64,000 nucleotides of DNA from the sequence record NZ_CP143948.1. One strand, given 5' to 3'. This DNA is from a plasmid. Positions 23,247 to 34,670 of the stretch are shown piece after piece. Made by a program: the position numbers and the translations under genes. Numbering within the stretch: the first letter of the stretch is position 1; every line of letters begins with the position of its first letter. A model generated the notes under the pieces. The model was not told the origin of the DNA and made no database searches. It saw only the letters and a program-made list of their open reading frames with translations.

Positions 23247-23903
23247 TTACTTAGCTCCTCCTTCCTTGTTTGCTTTTGTAGGAAGTACCTCGCCTTTGTA
23301 GATCCAAACCTTAACGCCAACCTTGCCGTAAGTTGTATCTGCCTCAGCGAATCCATAATCGATATCTGCTCTGATTGTCTGGAGTGGAGTAGTTCCATCA
23401 TTGTATGTCTCTGTACGAGCCATATCTGCTCCGCCAAGACGACCTGAACATGTTGTCTTAATTCCTTTAACGCCGGCCTTCATAGCTCTTCCCATGCAAG
23501 ACTTCATTGCTCTACGGAATGAAACACGGTTCTCAAGCTGTAAAGCGATGTTCTCAGCAACAAGCTGTGCATCCTTGTCCGGTCTCTTTACTTCTTTGAT
23601 ATCAACAACTAATTTCTTGTCTGTAAGCTTCTGAACCTCAGCCTTGATCTTCTCGATCTCAGCTCCGCCCTTACCGATTACAACACCCGGCTTAGCTGTA
23701 TAAATGATAACCTTAACGCGATCTGAAGCTCTCTCGATCTCAATCTTTGAAACACCAGCTGCGTATAATTTTTTCTTTAAAAATGTTCTGATATTATAAT
23801 CTTCTACTAAGTAATCAGCGAAATCACCCTCTGCATACCATTTGGAATCCCAGTCCTTGATAACGCCAACTCTTAAGCCATGAGGATTAACCTTCTGTCC
23901 CAT
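23247..23903 (-). CDS. rpsC: 30S ribosomal protein S3
   Basis: 218 aa, KH domain. Confidence 0.95.
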   Translation of the reverse strand: MGQKVNPHGLRVGVIKDWDSKWYAEGDFADYLVEDYNIRTFLKKKLYAAGVSKIEIERASDRVKVIIYTAKPGVVIGKGGAEIEKIKAEVQKLTDKKLVVDIKEVKRPDKDAQLVAENIALQLENRVSFRRAMKSCMGRAMKAGVKGIKTTCSGRLGGADMARTETYNDGTTPLQTIRADIDYGFAEADTTYGKVGVKVWIYKGEVLPTKANKEGGAK

Positions 23904-23912
23904 GATTGCCTC

Positions 23913-24308
23913 CTATCTTTCATCAAGCACGATTGTAATGTGGCTCATTCTCTTCTCGATTCTGTAAGCTCTACCCTGTGCTCTAGGATGAATTCTCTTC
24001 ATTGTTGGTCCTTTATTTGCAAAACACTCTGCAACGTAAAGGTTCTCTGCCTTATAGTTCTTTTCCGGATAATTATTTTCTGCGTTAGCGATTGCTGACT
24101 CTAATAATTTCTTTACTAAGCTTGAAGCATATCTAGGATTGTATGTTACGATTGCAAGTGCTTCGTTAACACTCTTTCCACGAATAGCATCTAAAACGAA
24201 ACAAGCTTTCTGTACAGACACTCTAGCATAAGATAACTTTGCTGAAGGTCTTGTATCTCTAACTTCATTTCTCTCTCTCTTGATTTTGGATCTATGTCCC
24301 TTTGCCAT
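23913..24308 (-). CDS. rplV: 50S ribosomal protein L22
   Basis: 131 aa. Confidence 0.95.
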   Translation of the reverse strand: MAKGHRSKIKRERNEVRDTRPSAKLSYARVSVQKACFVLDAIRGKSVNEALAIVTYNPRYASSLVKKLLESAIANAENNYPEKNYKAENLYVAECFANKGPTMKRIHPRAQGRAYRIEKRMSHITIVLDER

Positions 24309-24333
24309 GGATGAAACCTCCTTTCAATAAATC

Positions 24334-24615
24334 TTATCTTACGCCTGATTTCTTCTCGTCTTTTCCATGTCCTCTGTAAGTTCTTGTTGCAACGAACTCA
24401 CCAAGTTTATGTCCAACCATATCCTCTGTAACATATACAGGAACATGCTTTCTTCCATCATGAACAGCGATTGTGTGTCCAACGAATGAAGGGAAGATTG
24501 TTGAACGACGTGACCATGTCTTGATTACAGACTTGTCACCAGAAGCGTTCATAGCATCTACTTTTTTAAGTAAGCTTTCATCAGCAAATGGTCCTTTTTT
24601 TAATGAACGTGCCAT
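24334..24615 (-). CDS. rpsS: 30S ribosomal protein S19
   Basis: 93 aa. Confidence 0.95.
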   Translation of the reverse strand: MARSLKKGPFADESLLKKVDAMNASGDKSVIKTWSRRSTIFPSFVGHTIAVHDGRKHVPVYVTEDMVGHKLGEFVATRTYRGHGKDEKKSGVR

Positions 24616-24631
24616 TTATTCAACCTCCTAA

Positions 24632-25477
24632 TTATTTGATTGCACGACCGTCTCTTCTACGAACGATCATCTTGTTAGACTGTTTGTTCTTCTTTCTGGT
24701 CTTTAAGCCAAGTGCAGGTTTGCCCCATGGAGTACATGGTCCTGGACGTCCTACAGGTGCCTTACCTTCTCCACCACCGTGTGGATGGTCGTTAGGGTTC
24801 ATAACAGATCCACGAACTGTTGGACGAACACCCATGTGACGCTTACGTCCGGCTTTACCAATATTTACGAGGTTGTGATCTCCGTTTCCAATTACACCGA
24901 TTGTAGCACGGCACTGAATTGGAACCATTCTCATCTCTCCTGAAGGAAGACGAAGTGTTGCATATTTGCCTTCTTTAGCCATAAGCTGTGCGCTAAGTCC
25001 TGCTGAACGAACAAGCTGTCCGCCCTTTCCAGGAAGAAGCTCGATGTTGTGAATCTGTGTACCAACTGGGATATTCTCAAGTGGTAAGCAGTTTCCAACT
25101 CTGACCTCAGCCTGAGCACCGCTCATAACCTTCATTCCGTCTGTAAGTCCTGCTGGAGCAAGAATATATGATTTCTCACCATCTGCATAGCAGATAAGTG
25201 CGATGTTTGCTGTTCTGTTTGGATCGTACTCGATACCAATTACAGTTGCTGGAATACCGTCTTTCTTATTTCTCTTGAAATCGATAAGTCTGTATTTTCT
25301 TCTGTTTCCACCACCCTGGTGTCTAACTGTGATTTTACCCTGATTGTTACGACCAGCGTTCTTCTTTAAAGAAGTAACAAGTGACTTCTCAGGAGTTGTC
25401 TTTGTAATCTCTGAGAAATCTGAACCAGTCATATTTCTTCTGGAAGGTGTATATGGGTTATATGTCTTAATTCCCAT
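24632..25477 (-). CDS. rplB: 50S ribosomal protein L2
   Basis: 281 aa. Confidence 0.95.
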   Translation of the reverse strand: MGIKTYNPYTPSRRNMTGSDFSEITKTTPEKSLVTSLKKNAGRNNQGKITVRHQGGGNRRKYRLIDFKRNKKDGIPATVIGIEYDPNRTANIALICYADGEKSYILAPAGLTDGMKVMSGAQAEVRVGNCLPLENIPVGTQIHNIELLPGKGGQLVRSAGLSAQLMAKEGKYATLRLPSGEMRMVPIQCRATIGVIGNGDHNLVNIGKAGRKRHMGVRPTVRGSVMNPNDHPHGGGEGKAPVGRPGPCTPWGKPALGLKTRKKNKQSNKMIVRRRDGRAIK

Positions 25478-25556
25478 TTTGTTTCTCCTTTCGATATGTT
25501 TTCATTATCGCGTCTTTTCTGACGCATATCATTTTGAAGTTGCTTTCGACCTCGGT

Positions 25557-25856
25557 CTACAGTCCTGCGAAGATCTCTATATCTTTGCTGTCTGCTGTAA
25601 GCTGTACGATAGCCTTCTTTGTCTTAGCAGTCTTTCCTGTTACCATTCCACGACGCTTGTTCTTGCCTTCGCAGTTCATTGTGTTAACTTTGGCAACCTT
25701 TGTTCCTTCGAACATTCTCTCTACTGCTTCTTTGATCATAGTCTTGTTTGCATCCGGGTGAACAAGGAATGTGTATTTCTTCTCAGCCATTGCATTCATA
25801 CTCTTCTCAGTTACTACTGGTTTGAGGATTACATCATAGTACTGTACGTTTGCCAT
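25557..25856 (-). CDS. rplW: 50S ribosomal protein L23
   Basis: 99 aa. Confidence 0.95.
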   Translation of the reverse strand: MANVQYYDVILKPVVTEKSMNAMAEKKYTFLVHPDANKTMIKEAVERMFEGTKVAKVNTMNCEGKNKRRGMVTGKTAKTKKAIVQLTADSKDIEIFAGL

Positions 25857-26476
25857 TATGCATATACCTCCTCGATTGTTGCTACAGCAGCCTTTGTAAC
25901 TACTACTGTGTCATATTTTAATACATCGAATACGTTAAGCTCATTTGTCTGAGTTGTCTTAACTGTTGGGATGTTTGCTGCAGAAGCGATAACCTTCTCG
26001 TCCATATCATTTAATACAACGAGTGCCTTCTCAACATTGAGGTTCTTTAATACTTCTACGAATTTCTTTGTCTTAATCTCATCAAGCTTAAGCTCATCTA
26101 CTACAACGAACTTGTTCTCAACAACTCTTGATGTAAGTGCAGACTTAAGAGCTGCTCTCTTCTCTTTCTTGTTGAGCTTGAATGAGTAATCTCTAGGAGT
26201 AGGAGCGAATACAACTCCACCACCTGTCCACTGTGGAGATCTTGTAGAACCCTGACGTGCATGTCCTGTTCCCTTCTGTCTCCATGGTTTTCTTCCGCCA
26301 CCGCGAACTTCAGAACGTGTCTTAGCTTTCTGAGTTCCCTGACGTTTATTTGCAAGCTGCTGAAGAACAGCCATATGAACTAAATGCTCATTAATTTCTA
26401 CGCCGAAAATGGAATCATTTAACTCGATCTTGTCGACTTCTTTGCCTTCCATGTTATATACAGCTACGTTAGCCAT
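25856..26476 (-). CDS. rplD: 50S ribosomal protein L4
   Basis: 206 aa. Confidence 0.95.
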   Translation of the reverse strand: MANVAVYNMEGKEVDKIELNDSIFGVEINEHLVHMAVLQQLANKRQGTQKAKTRSEVRGGGRKPWRQKGTGHARQGSTRSPQWTGGGVVFAPTPRDYSFKLNKKEKRAALKSALTSRVVENKFVVVDELKLDEIKTKKFVEVLKNLNVEKALVVLNDMDEKVIASAANIPTVKTTQTNELNVFDVLKYDTVVVTKAAVATIEEVYA

Positions 26477-26504
26477 CGTAAAGTTCCTCCTTTCTTACTT
26501 TGCA

Positions 26505-27188
26505 CTATTTACCAGATTTTGTAGTCTCTTTTACTGTAATGAGAGCTTTCTTAGCTCCTGGAACTGCGCCCTTGATTAACAGTAAGTTCTTGTCTGCGTC
26601 AACTCTTACAACCTCAAGATTCTGAGTTGTAACCTTTACGCTACCCATGTGTCCAGGCATTCCTTTTCCCTTGAATACCTTACTTGGTGAAGAACAAGCA
26701 CCGTTAGAACCCTGATGACGATGGAATTTAGAACCATGAGCCATTGGTCCTCTGTGCTGACCTAATCTCTTGATAGCACCCTGGAAACCTTTACCTTTTG
26801 AAATAGCAGTTACATCAACCTTGTCACCCTCTGCGAAGATGTCAGCCTTGATCTCATCTGCTAAATTGTACTCATCTGCGTTTTCGAATTTGAACTCGCG
26901 AACGAATCTCTTTCCTGAAACACCTGCTTTTTTGAAGTGTCCCATCTGAGCCTTGTTAACACCATGTCTGTGTGCTACGCTCTTTTTACCGTTGGCATCC
27001 TTCTCAACGACTTTCTCTTTCTTGTCGCCGAAACCAACCTGAACTGCGCTGTAACCGTCATTCTCAACAGTTTTGATCTGTGTTACAACACATGGACCAG
27101 CCTCTAATACAGTTACAGGTACTAATACACCATCTGCATTAAAGATCTGTGTCATACCGATTTTTGTTGCTAAAATCGCTTTCTTCAT
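26505..27188 (-). CDS. rplC: 50S ribosomal protein L3
   Basis: 227 aa; GGAGGTAAAG RBS. Confidence 0.95.
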   Translation of the reverse strand: MKKAILATKIGMTQIFNADGVLVPVTVLEAGPCVVTQIKTVENDGYSAVQVGFGDKKEKVVEKDANGKKSVAHRHGVNKAQMGHFKKAGVSGKRFVREFKFENADEYNLADEIKADIFAEGDKVDVTAISKGKGFQGAIKRLGQHRGPMAHGSKFHRHQGSNGACSSPSKVFKGKGMPGHMGSVKVTTQNLEVVRVDADKNLLLIKGAVPGAKKALITVKETTKSGK

Positions 27189-27366
27189 TTCTTTACCTCC
27201 TGTTTTCTACAGCGGAACGCCTCTTGCCTGTCAACCCAGCCCGCGAAGAATTAGCCGGAACAAGTAGCGGAACCGTTCATCCTAGAGCAGCCTACTAGAT
27301 CGTTATGCTTTCGCACTGTATCTTCTATATAAACCATTCGGGGATATACTAATTAATTGTTGAAGC

Positions 27367-27684
27367 TTATTTCTGCTTCATTTTGATATCAATGTAAACA
27401 CCAGCTGGCATTTCAATCCTTGATAAAGACTCTGTTGTCTTCTGTGTTGGATTGATGATATCGATAAGTCTCTTATGAGTTCTCTGCTCGAACTGTTCAC
27501 GAGAATCCTTGTACTTGTGAGTAGCTCTAAGAATTGTAACTACTTCCTTCTTTGTTGGAAGAGGTACCGGTCCGCTCACCTGTGATCCATTCTTCTTTAC
27601 AGTCTCGATGATTTTCTTTGCGCTTGAATCTACTAACTCGTGATCATACGCCTTGAGAGTAATTCTCATTACTTGACTTGCCAT
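27367..27684 (-). CDS. rpsJ: 30S ribosomal protein S10
   Basis: 105 aa; first gene of the S10 operon. Confidence 0.95.
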   Translation of the reverse strand: MASQVMRITLKAYDHELVDSSAKKIIETVKKNGSQVSGPVPLPTKKEVVTILRATHKYKDSREQFEQRTHKRLIDIINPTQKTTESLSRIEMPAGVYIDIKMKQK

Positions 27685-27917
27685 AAAAAAAGTCGCCTCC
27701 TTTTCGCACTTTTAACTTCAGTACGACAAGCGGTGACTGTACACATCTCCGTGTGTGTCCTGTGGACTTTCACACGTTGTTTCTACATTTTGTAGACCAT
27801 ATCTGTTCTGTACAGTGACTTGCCGTCAGTTTCCTAACTTGACATTCGCTCCGCCGAATTCTCTGTCTCATGGACAGTAACTTCAAACTTCATAGCTATC
27901 ATGCCACAGCAAGTGAT

Positions 27918-27946
27918 ATTATACATGACGTTTACAATAATTGCAA
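27918..27946 (-). promoter_or_regulatory. S10-operon promoter (TTGCAA-N17-TATAAT on minus strand), followed by a roughly 225-nt 5' leader
   Basis: Minus-sense TTGCAA at 27946-27941 and TATAAT at 27923-27918; a long structured leader runs down to the rpsJ ATG at 27684. Confidence 0.5.
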
Positions 27947-28099
27947 TACTTTTTTCAAAAAAAATTTATTTTTTTATTTCGGATAATATTCCATTGAAAA
28001 ATTACACTTTTGCACGTATATTATTATAGAAGAAACACGATTAAATGCAAGCAACGTGTAGTTTATTTTTACACGCAGATAAGAAAGGAATATAAACAT

Positions 28100-28987
28100 A
28101 TGTGGTTAGCAGATAGATGGAAAGATTATGAGGTTATTGACTGCTCATGCGGTGAAAAGCTTGAGCGCTGGTCTAAATATATTTTGCTGCGTCCCGATCC
28201 TCAGGTAATTTGGGACACTCCAAAGACTAATAAGAACTGGAAAAAGCTTAATGGTCACTATCACAGAAGCAAGAAAGGCGGTGGTGAGTGGGAGTTTTTT
28301 GATTTGCCGCAGGAGTGGACCATAAACTACTCTCTTCCTATTAATAAAGAGCTCACATTTCACTTAAAACCATTCAGCTTCAAGCACACCGGTCTGTTTC
28401 CTGAGCAGGCTGCCAACTGGGACTGGTTTTCAAAGAAGATTTACGATGCAAAAAAAAGCGGTCGTGATGTAAAGGTATTAAATCTCTTTGCATACACCGG
28501 AGGTGCCACTCTTGCTGCCGCTGCCGCAGGCGCCGCTGTCACACATGTGGATGCTTCAAAGGGCATGGTCACATGGGCTAAGGAAAACGCTGTAAGCAGC
28601 GGTCTTGGTGACGCACCTATCAGATGGCTTGTGGATGACTGTGTGAAGTTTGTTGAGCGTGAAATCCGCCGTGGCAATCATTACGATGCCATCATAATGG
28701 ATCCGCCGTCATACGGCAGAGGTCCTAAGGGTGAAATTTGGAAAATTGAGGAAAGCGTGTATCCGCTTGTGCAGCTTTGTGCAAAGCTCCTTACCGACAA
28801 GCCGCTTTTCTTCCTTATTAATTCCTATACGACAGGCTTGCAGCCTGCAGTGCTCACCTATATGATAAGCACTGCGCTTAAAAAGTTTGATGGTAAAGTA
28901 ACCGCAAGCGAAATCGGTCTCCCGGTTTCTTCAAACGGACTCGTGCTGCCTTGTGGTGCAAGCGGACGCTTTGAAAGTATCTGCTAA
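28100..28987 (+). CDS. Class I SAM-dependent (rRNA) methyltransferase, RlmI/YwbD-like
   Basis: AYTGGATLAAAAAGA SAM-binding loop and DAIIMDPPSYGRG motif IV. The start is probably ATG 28100 (MWLADRW, AAGGAA RBS) rather than the track start at 28010. Confidence 0.6.
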   Translation: MWLADRWKDYEVIDCSCGEKLERWSKYILLRPDPQVIWDTPKTNKNWKKLNGHYHRSKKGGGEWEFFDLPQEWTINYSLPINKELTFHLKPFSFKHTGLFPEQAANWDWFSKKIYDAKKSGRDVKVLNLFAYTGGATLAAAAAGAAVTHVDASKGMVTWAKENAVSSGLGDAPIRWLVDDCVKFVEREIRRGNHYDAIIMDPPSYGRGPKGEIWKIEESVYPLVQLCAKLLTDKPLFFLINSYTTGLQPAVLTYMISTALKKFDGKVTASEIGLPVSSNGLVLPCGASGRFESIC

Positions 28988-29067
28988 TCAGTTCTAAAAT
29001 AAAATCAGCCACAGTATTTCATTATTTTCTATGAAACACTGCGGCATTTTAATGAATATGCAATATA

Positions 29068-30009
29068 TTACAATATTCTCTTTTTCTTCAATAAAATCAG
29101 TATCAGCACACATATGACAACCATAACACCTATTATAATCATAAATCCATGTGCTGTCGTCGCAAGCGGTACCCACTTTGAGCTGACATTCATGCCATAG
29201 ATTCCTGAGATAACTGTCGGAATAGCCATGATAAGTGTGATGATTGTGAGCGACTTCATGACATTGTTAAGTCTGTTGTCAATGACCGTGCTCATAAGCT
29301 CTCTGGTACCATTTATGATGTCCCTGTAAATTCCCGTCATCTCAATAGCCTGTTTATTTTCGACAATCACGTCTCCGAGAAGCTCCTTATCCTCCGGATA
29401 CTGCTCAAGGCGCTTGTATCTGGTCAGTCTCTCTAACACAACTCCATTGGCACGAAGCGATGTGGCAAAGTATACGAGTGTGGATTCCAGCTCGTGAAGC
29501 GCGATCAAATCGTCCTCCTCTGTATCCTCTCCGACTCTCTCCTCAATCTCAGTACGCATCTTGTCTATGATGCGCAGATCATTCTGATACAGTACAGATA
29601 TCCTGTAAAGAATCTGGTATACAAAGCGCATCTTTTTCTTGGTGGAAAATTCCTTTACACGGTTATTTAAAAATACCTGAAGCACCGGTGTATCCTCTGT
29701 ACAGACTGTCACTATCTCATCATCTGTAAGTATGATGCCAAGCGGGATTGTGGTATATGACTCCTTGTCATGCCTAGTCTCTATCGAAGGTATATCCACA
29801 AGAATCAACGTATACCCATCCTGCAGCTCTATACGAGAGCTCTCCTCTTCATCGAGTGCTGCAAGTACGTCCTCAATATCAACATTCAGTTCATCCGCTA
29901 CCATCTGTCCCTCTGCTACAGAAGGGTTGACCATCTGTATCCAGGTGCCTCCCTGCAGCGTATCCAGCTCATGTATTAATTTGTCATCTGTCCTGTAAAA
30001 CTTGACCAT
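29068..30009 (-). CDS. corA: Magnesium/cobalt transporter CorA
   Basis: 313 aa; two C-terminal TM helices with the YGMN signature. Confidence 0.85.
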   Translation of the reverse strand: MVKFYRTDDKLIHELDTLQGGTWIQMVNPSVAEGQMVADELNVDIEDVLAALDEEESSRIELQDGYTLILVDIPSIETRHDKESYTTIPLGIILTDDEIVTVCTEDTPVLQVFLNNRVKEFSTKKKMRFVYQILYRISVLYQNDLRIIDKMRTEIEERVGEDTEEDDLIALHELESTLVYFATSLRANGVVLERLTRYKRLEQYPEDKELLGDVIVENKQAIEMTGIYRDIINGTRELMSTVIDNRLNNVMKSLTIITLIMAIPTVISGIYGMNVSSKWVPLATTAHGFMIIIGVMVVICVLILILLKKKRIL

Positions 30010-30094
30010 GGTGCCTCCCCGTGGCTTTTATGACACACATAATGCCACAAAATATTTTGACATCACTAACGTATTGTCTTTGAAATAAAAGATA

Positions 30095-31183
30095 TTACTT
30101 CTCAGCGTATTTCTGACTCTGGCTCTTTATAAGCTCTGCATCCTCAAAGTAATTTATCCTCATGGCGCGCTTGACCTCTGCCATTGTCTGTGCTGCAGCC
30201 TCTCTTGCTGTCTCGCTGCCCTTCCTTAGTATCTCATATACAGCCGGAATATCCTTCTCATACTCTGCTCTTCTTGCGCGGATAGGTGAAAGCTCCTCCT
30301 GCATGATGTTGTTGAGGAATTTCTTAATCTTCACATCACCAAGACCGCCCCTTGTATAGTGATCCTTAAGCTCCTGAAGGTTAGCATACTCCGGCAGATA
30401 CTCCTCAAAATGTCCCGGCTTAGAGAAAGCATCAAGATATGTGAATACTGTATTGCCCTCCACGTGTCCCGGATCTGAAATCTGGATATGTGTCGGATCT
30501 GTATACATGCTCATGATTTTCTTCTTTACATCTGCCTCTGTATCTGCCAGATAGATACAGTTGCCTAATGATTTGCTCATCTTCTGTCCACCGTCTGTAC
30601 CCGGAAGTCTGCAGCATGCCTCATTCTCAGGTAAAAGCACATCCGGCTCAACGAGCACCTCATCATAGATAGAATTAAACTTTCTGACAATCTCCCTGGT
30701 CTGCTCTATCATTGGGAGCTGGTCCTCTCCAACCGGAACAGTTGTAGCCTTGAAGGCAGTGATATCTGCTGCCTGGCTGATTGGATAATTGAAAAATCCA
30801 ACCGGTATACTTGCCTCGAAATTTCTTAGCTTAATCTCATTCTTTACTGTAGGGTTTCTCTGAAGTCTCGATACTGTAACGAGATTTGAGTAGAAAAATG
30901 TAAGCTCAGTAAGCTCCGGTATCTGTGACTGCACAAACAGTGTAGACTTGGCCGGATCGAGTCCTGCTGAGAGGTAATCAAGTGCTACCTCTATGATATT
31001 CTGTCTGATTTTCTCAGGGTTGTCAAAATTGTCTGTGAGTGCCTGTGCATCGGCAATCATGATAAATATTTTGTCATACTCTCCTGAATTCTGAAGCTCA
31101 ACTCTTCTGCGAAGTGAGCCCACGTAATGTCCTATATGGAGCCTTCCTGTTGGTCTGTCTCCTGTTAAAATAATTTTTTCCAT
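30095..31183 (-). CDS. trpS: Tryptophan--tRNA ligase
   Basis: Class I aaRS motifs (TGRLHIGH-type HIGH, and KMSKS) plus overall TrpRS-like sequence. Confidence 0.85.
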   Translation of the reverse strand: MEKIILTGDRPTGRLHIGHYVGSLRRRVELQNSGEYDKIFIMIADAQALTDNFDNPEKIRQNIIEVALDYLSAGLDPAKSTLFVQSQIPELTELTFFYSNLVTVSRLQRNPTVKNEIKLRNFEASIPVGFFNYPISQAADITAFKATTVPVGEDQLPMIEQTREIVRKFNSIYDEVLVEPDVLLPENEACCRLPGTDGGQKMSKSLGNCIYLADTEADVKKKIMSMYTDPTHIQISDPGHVEGNTVFTYLDAFSKPGHFEEYLPEYANLQELKDHYTRGGLGDVKIKKFLNNIMQEELSPIRARRAEYEKDIPAVYEILRKGSETAREAAAQTMAEVKRAMRINYFEDAELIKSQSQKYAEK

Positions 31184-31326
31184 CTCTATTATTCCTCTGC
31201 TTTAGTTCTATTATTACGATTGCAATGTAGGTTTATTCGCCAAACCGTCTGTCTTAGCAATCGCCAGCTTTCTTTATTATAACACACTGACGTGTAAAAG
31301 CCTAGGAAAAAGAACTCTCATTTTAA

Positions 31327-31806
31327 TTATTTTATAATATCTACATACTCTGCCTTTGCCGCCCTGCACAAATCATCCGGTGACAGCGTAATCTGAAGCC
31401 CAAGCCTGCCTCCGCTGACCGTGATTTTGTCCTGCTCCTTAGCTGCCTCATGGATAAATGTAGGATACTGTTTTTTCATTCCGATTGATGTACAGCCGCC
31501 CCTTATATAGCCTGTAACCTTTGTCAAATCCTTGAGATGCAGCATCTCTATGGATTTCTCGCCTGCTGCCTTTGCGGCTTTTTTGAAATCAATTTCGTCA
31601 TCTATCGGTACCACAAACACATAGTATCCACCGCTTTTGCCGACTGTCGTGATAGTCTTGTACATGCCTGCGTGGTCAAGCCCCAGCTTGTCTGCTATCT
31701 GAGCTGCATCCACAAAGTCATCGCACTCGTATGTGCGTGCCTCATATGGAATCTTCATTGTTTCCAGTATTCTTATTGCATTTGTCTTTGCTTCTTTTTT
31801 TCCCAT
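31327..31806 (-). CDS. ybaK: Cys-tRNA(Pro)/Cys-tRNA(Cys) deacylase YbaK
   Basis: 159-aa YbaK/ProX editing-domain protein (GGC.SIGMKK motif region). Confidence 0.75.
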   Translation of the reverse strand: MGKKEAKTNAIRILETMKIPYEARTYECDDFVDAAQIADKLGLDHAGMYKTITTVGKSGGYYVFVVPIDDEIDFKKAAKAAGEKSIEMLHLKDLTKVTGYIRGGCTSIGMKKQYPTFIHEAAKEQDKITVSGGRLGLQITLSPDDLCRAAKAEYVDIIK

Positions 31807-31868
31807 TATACTATCTTTCCTCCAATAAGCTTAAGATATATTCCATATCTTTATGCAATTACCTCATT

Positions 31869-33950
31869 TTACTGATTGTCCGCACTCTTATCGGCATTTT
31901 TGTATGCTTCCTCAAAGAACTGCTCCTGCGAATCTATCGGTGTGCTGTTTATCTTTCTGTCCACATACTCACCATCGGCGCAAAGCTCCTTGCCCTTCTC
32001 GTCATCTGTCATGATTGTATCGAAGATATGGCGGATCTTGTCCTTAGCATGTGCATCGTATACCGGTGTTGCAACCTCCACACGTCTTACGGTATTTCTG
32101 GTCATAAAATCTGCTGACGCAATGTAAATCTTCTCATCATCGCCCACACCAAATCTGTATATACGTGAATGCTCAAGATATCTTCCTACAACACTTATTA
32201 CAGTGATGTTTTCTGTGGCTCCCTCAACCTGCGGCTTCACACAGCATATTCCTCTGACAATAAGCTCTACCTTCACGCCTGCCTGAGAAGCATCGATAAG
32301 CTTGTCTATAAGCACCTTATCAGTGAGAGAGTTAATCTTAACTCCGATGTATGCCGGTTTTCCTGCATTCTTATTGGCAATCTGCTCATCAATCATGTCA
32401 ACAATCTTATTCTGCAGGCATTTTGGGGCAACAAGCAGATGTTTTACATCTCCGTCCGAAACAGTCTCACCTCTCTGAAGCGCCATAAACACCCTTGATG
32501 CATCTGCTCCAATCTCCTGATTTGCAGTGATGAGGGATAAATCTGTATAAAGACGCGAGGTCTTCTCGTTGTAGTTTCCTGTACCAATCTGAGTGATGTA
32601 CTCAAAGCCATCGCCCTTTTTCTTTGTGATGAGGCAGAGCTTTGAGTGTACCTTGTAATCACCGAGTCCGTAAAGTATCTGACAGCCTGCGTCCTCAAGG
32701 CGGTGTGACATCTCTATGTTGTTAGCCTCATCAAACCTCGCTCTGAGCTCGACAAGCACGATAACTTCCTTGCCGTTTTCTGCAGCCTCTATAAGTGCAT
32801 CGATAATCTGGCTCTTGTCTGCCACTCTGTATAGTGTCATCTTGATAGAAACTACATCAGGATCCTCTGCTGCATCGTTAAGCATCTTGATAAACGGCTT
32901 CATGCTCTCAAACGGATATGAAAGAAGCACGTCCTTTTTCTCAACCTGTCCAAGTATACTCTCCTTGAGCGAAAGCTCAGGTGTGTCACGCGGTGTACGC
33001 TTCTCAAAGAAAAGCTCCTGCTTATCCCGCAGATAGTGCTGAAGCTGGAATACGAATGACATATCAAGCGGTGTTTTTACACTGATAAAATGCTTTTTGC
33101 CAATCTCAAGGAAGCTCGAGAGCTCGTCAATCGCCTTGCGGTTGATTTTTCTTGATAGCTCAACTCTTACAGGGTCAAGACGCACTCTCTTCTTGATGAG
33201 CTCCTCCATCATGTTACGATAATCCATATCCTCATCATACATGCTCTGCGCATCGATATCCGCATTACGTGTCACACGCATGATTGATTTCTCACGGATT
33301 ACATACTTTGGATAGAGCTTGGATACAAAGTGTAAAATAAGCTCCTCTGACAGCATAAATGTGCCCGGTCTTGTAGGTATCTCGATAAGACGTTTGAATA
33401 CGCTGTTTGAGCATGGCACGATACCTGTCTTTTTCTTACCCTTCTGCGTGGTTAAAAGCACTACCGCATAGAGCTGTTTATTGGCAAGGAATGGGAACGG
33501 CTGCTGCTTTCCTATAATCATCGGAGAGAGGAAAGGTGCAATGTGTGCATCAAAATATGCCTCCAGCAAATCTCCCTCATCCTTTGACAGCTTGTTGAAA
33601 TTGATTATGCGCACGCCCTTTGGCTCAAGCTCACCCATGAGCTGCTCGTAAATCCTTGCTTTTTTCTTCTCAAGCTCGCATACTCTGTCAAGGATTGCCG
33701 ATACCTGTTCCTCACTCGACATCTTTGTCTTGTTCTCGAAAATCTTTTCCTTTGAATTCATCTGCATCATGAGTGATCCTACTCTTACCATGAAAAACTC
33801 ATCCAGATTTGTCTGGTAGATTGATGCAAAGGTCAGTCTCTCTGCAAGCGGTACTCTTGGATTGCCCGCCTCATTTAATACTCGCTCATTGAACTGTAAC
33901 CATGACAGCTCCCTGTTTGTGTAAACTTCTTCCAGTTTTTTCATCTGCAT
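31869..33950 (-). CDS. ppk: Polyphosphate kinase 1
   Basis: NRELSWLQFNERVL N-terminus and PLD-like C-terminal domains. The start is likely ATG 33950 (MQMKKLEE, AGGAG RBS); the track ORF extends 68 codons further upstream. Confidence 0.9.
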   Translation of the reverse strand: MQMKKLEEVYTNRELSWLQFNERVLNEAGNPRVPLAERLTFASIYQTNLDEFFMVRVGSLMMQMNSKEKIFENKTKMSSEEQVSAILDRVCELEKKKARIYEQLMGELEPKGVRIINFNKLSKDEGDLLEAYFDAHIAPFLSPMIIGKQQPFPFLANKQLYAVVLLTTQKGKKKTGIVPCSNSVFKRLIEIPTRPGTFMLSEELILHFVSKLYPKYVIREKSIMRVTRNADIDAQSMYDEDMDYRNMMEELIKKRVRLDPVRVELSRKINRKAIDELSSFLEIGKKHFISVKTPLDMSFVFQLQHYLRDKQELFFEKRTPRDTPELSLKESILGQVEKKDVLLSYPFESMKPFIKMLNDAAEDPDVVSIKMTLYRVADKSQIIDALIEAAENGKEVIVLVELRARFDEANNIEMSHRLEDAGCQILYGLGDYKVHSKLCLITKKKGDGFEYITQIGTGNYNEKTSRLYTDLSLITANQEIGADASRVFMALQRGETVSDGDVKHLLVAPKCLQNKIVDMIDEQIANKNAGKPAYIGVKINSLTDKVLIDKLIDASQAGVKVELIVRGICCVKPQVEGATENITVISVVGRYLEHSRIYRFGVGDDEKIYIASADFMTRNTVRRVEVATPVYDAHAKDKIRHIFDTIMTDDEKGKELCADGEYVDRKINSTPIDSQEQFFEEAYKNADKSADNQ

Positions 33951-34146
33951 ATATGCTCCTATTCTATATGATATTTTTCCATTCGCATCCGCGTCTTTTA
34001 AGTTCGTTTTATTTTGTGCCCGCTGTATTTCAAGCAGCCTTGCCCGCTCTATCAGTTTATCCTCACGGCGTCTCCTTCTGTCTGCCAGATGAAGCTTTTT
34101 TTCCACCCCGACAAGCAGCCTCGCAAGTGCCTTCAAAACTCTTTCC

Positions 34147-34362
34147 CTATGCAATATTTACCTCTCCGTTGATATCATCTGATAATATTCCAATTCTCGC
34201 TATACCGCACAGCACATAATGCTTCTGCAATGTCCGTGCACTCTTAAGTTCATTTTCGATATTTTTGCCTTTTTTGTCAATACATTCATGCAAATTTACA
34301 AACATTTCTTCAACGATATCAGCACATCTGAGTGTTTCCTTTGCAGCAAGCTGCATTACCAC
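34147..34362 (-). CDS. Hypothetical small protein (71 aa) upstream of ppk
   Basis: ORF only; no recognisable motif. It may simply be ppk leader sequence. Confidence 0.2.
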   Translation of the reverse strand: MVMQLAAKETLRCADIVEEMFVNLHECIDKKGKNIENELKSARTLQKHYVLCGIARIGILSDDINGEVNIA

Positions 34363-34569
34363 CTCTTTGACGCATTTTTATATGAATTAAGGCCGTCCAC
34401 ATTGGTAGTTTGTACCTCTTGTGAACAGCCTGTTATCATCGTTGCCATCATTCCTATGACGACCGCTTTCTTTGGTAATTTCTTTTTCAACATAATTAAT
34501 CTCTCCATTAGCATGATAAATTATTAAAATTAATCAATAACTATTCAACAAGTTAATGGTATCAAGCTA

Positions 34570-34639
34570 ATGTAAAGTCCAAAACGCAGTTATGTAAAAT
34601 CATGGTAAAAACTTTACATTTCTTTATTCAGCTTTACAT
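34570..34639 (-). promoter_or_regulatory. Array of four ATGTAAAG/CTTTACAT octamers at 20-22-bp spacing (Pho-box-like TTTACA repeats) upstream of ppk
   Basis: ATGTAAAG at 34570, ATGTAAAA at 34592, CTTTACAT at 34612 and 34632; seen directly in the sequence. Confidence 0.35.
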
Positions 34640-34670
34640 AAATTAATTTTGTGTGCATTTTATATATCTT

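Noticed and set aside
31184-31326. Possible T-box leader upstream of trpS
   Set aside because: The intergenic region is only 143 nt and lacks the conserved T-box sequence (AGGGUGGNACCGCG) or a recognisable specifier/antiterminator arrangement. trpS may be co-transcribed with ybaK.
33951-34154. 68-codon N-terminal extension of ppk (Arg-rich MHRERVLKALARLL...)
   Set aside because: PPK1 homology begins at NRELSWLQFNERVL, just after MQMKKLEE, and an AGGAG RBS precedes that ATG at 33950. The extension also overlaps the next small ORF.
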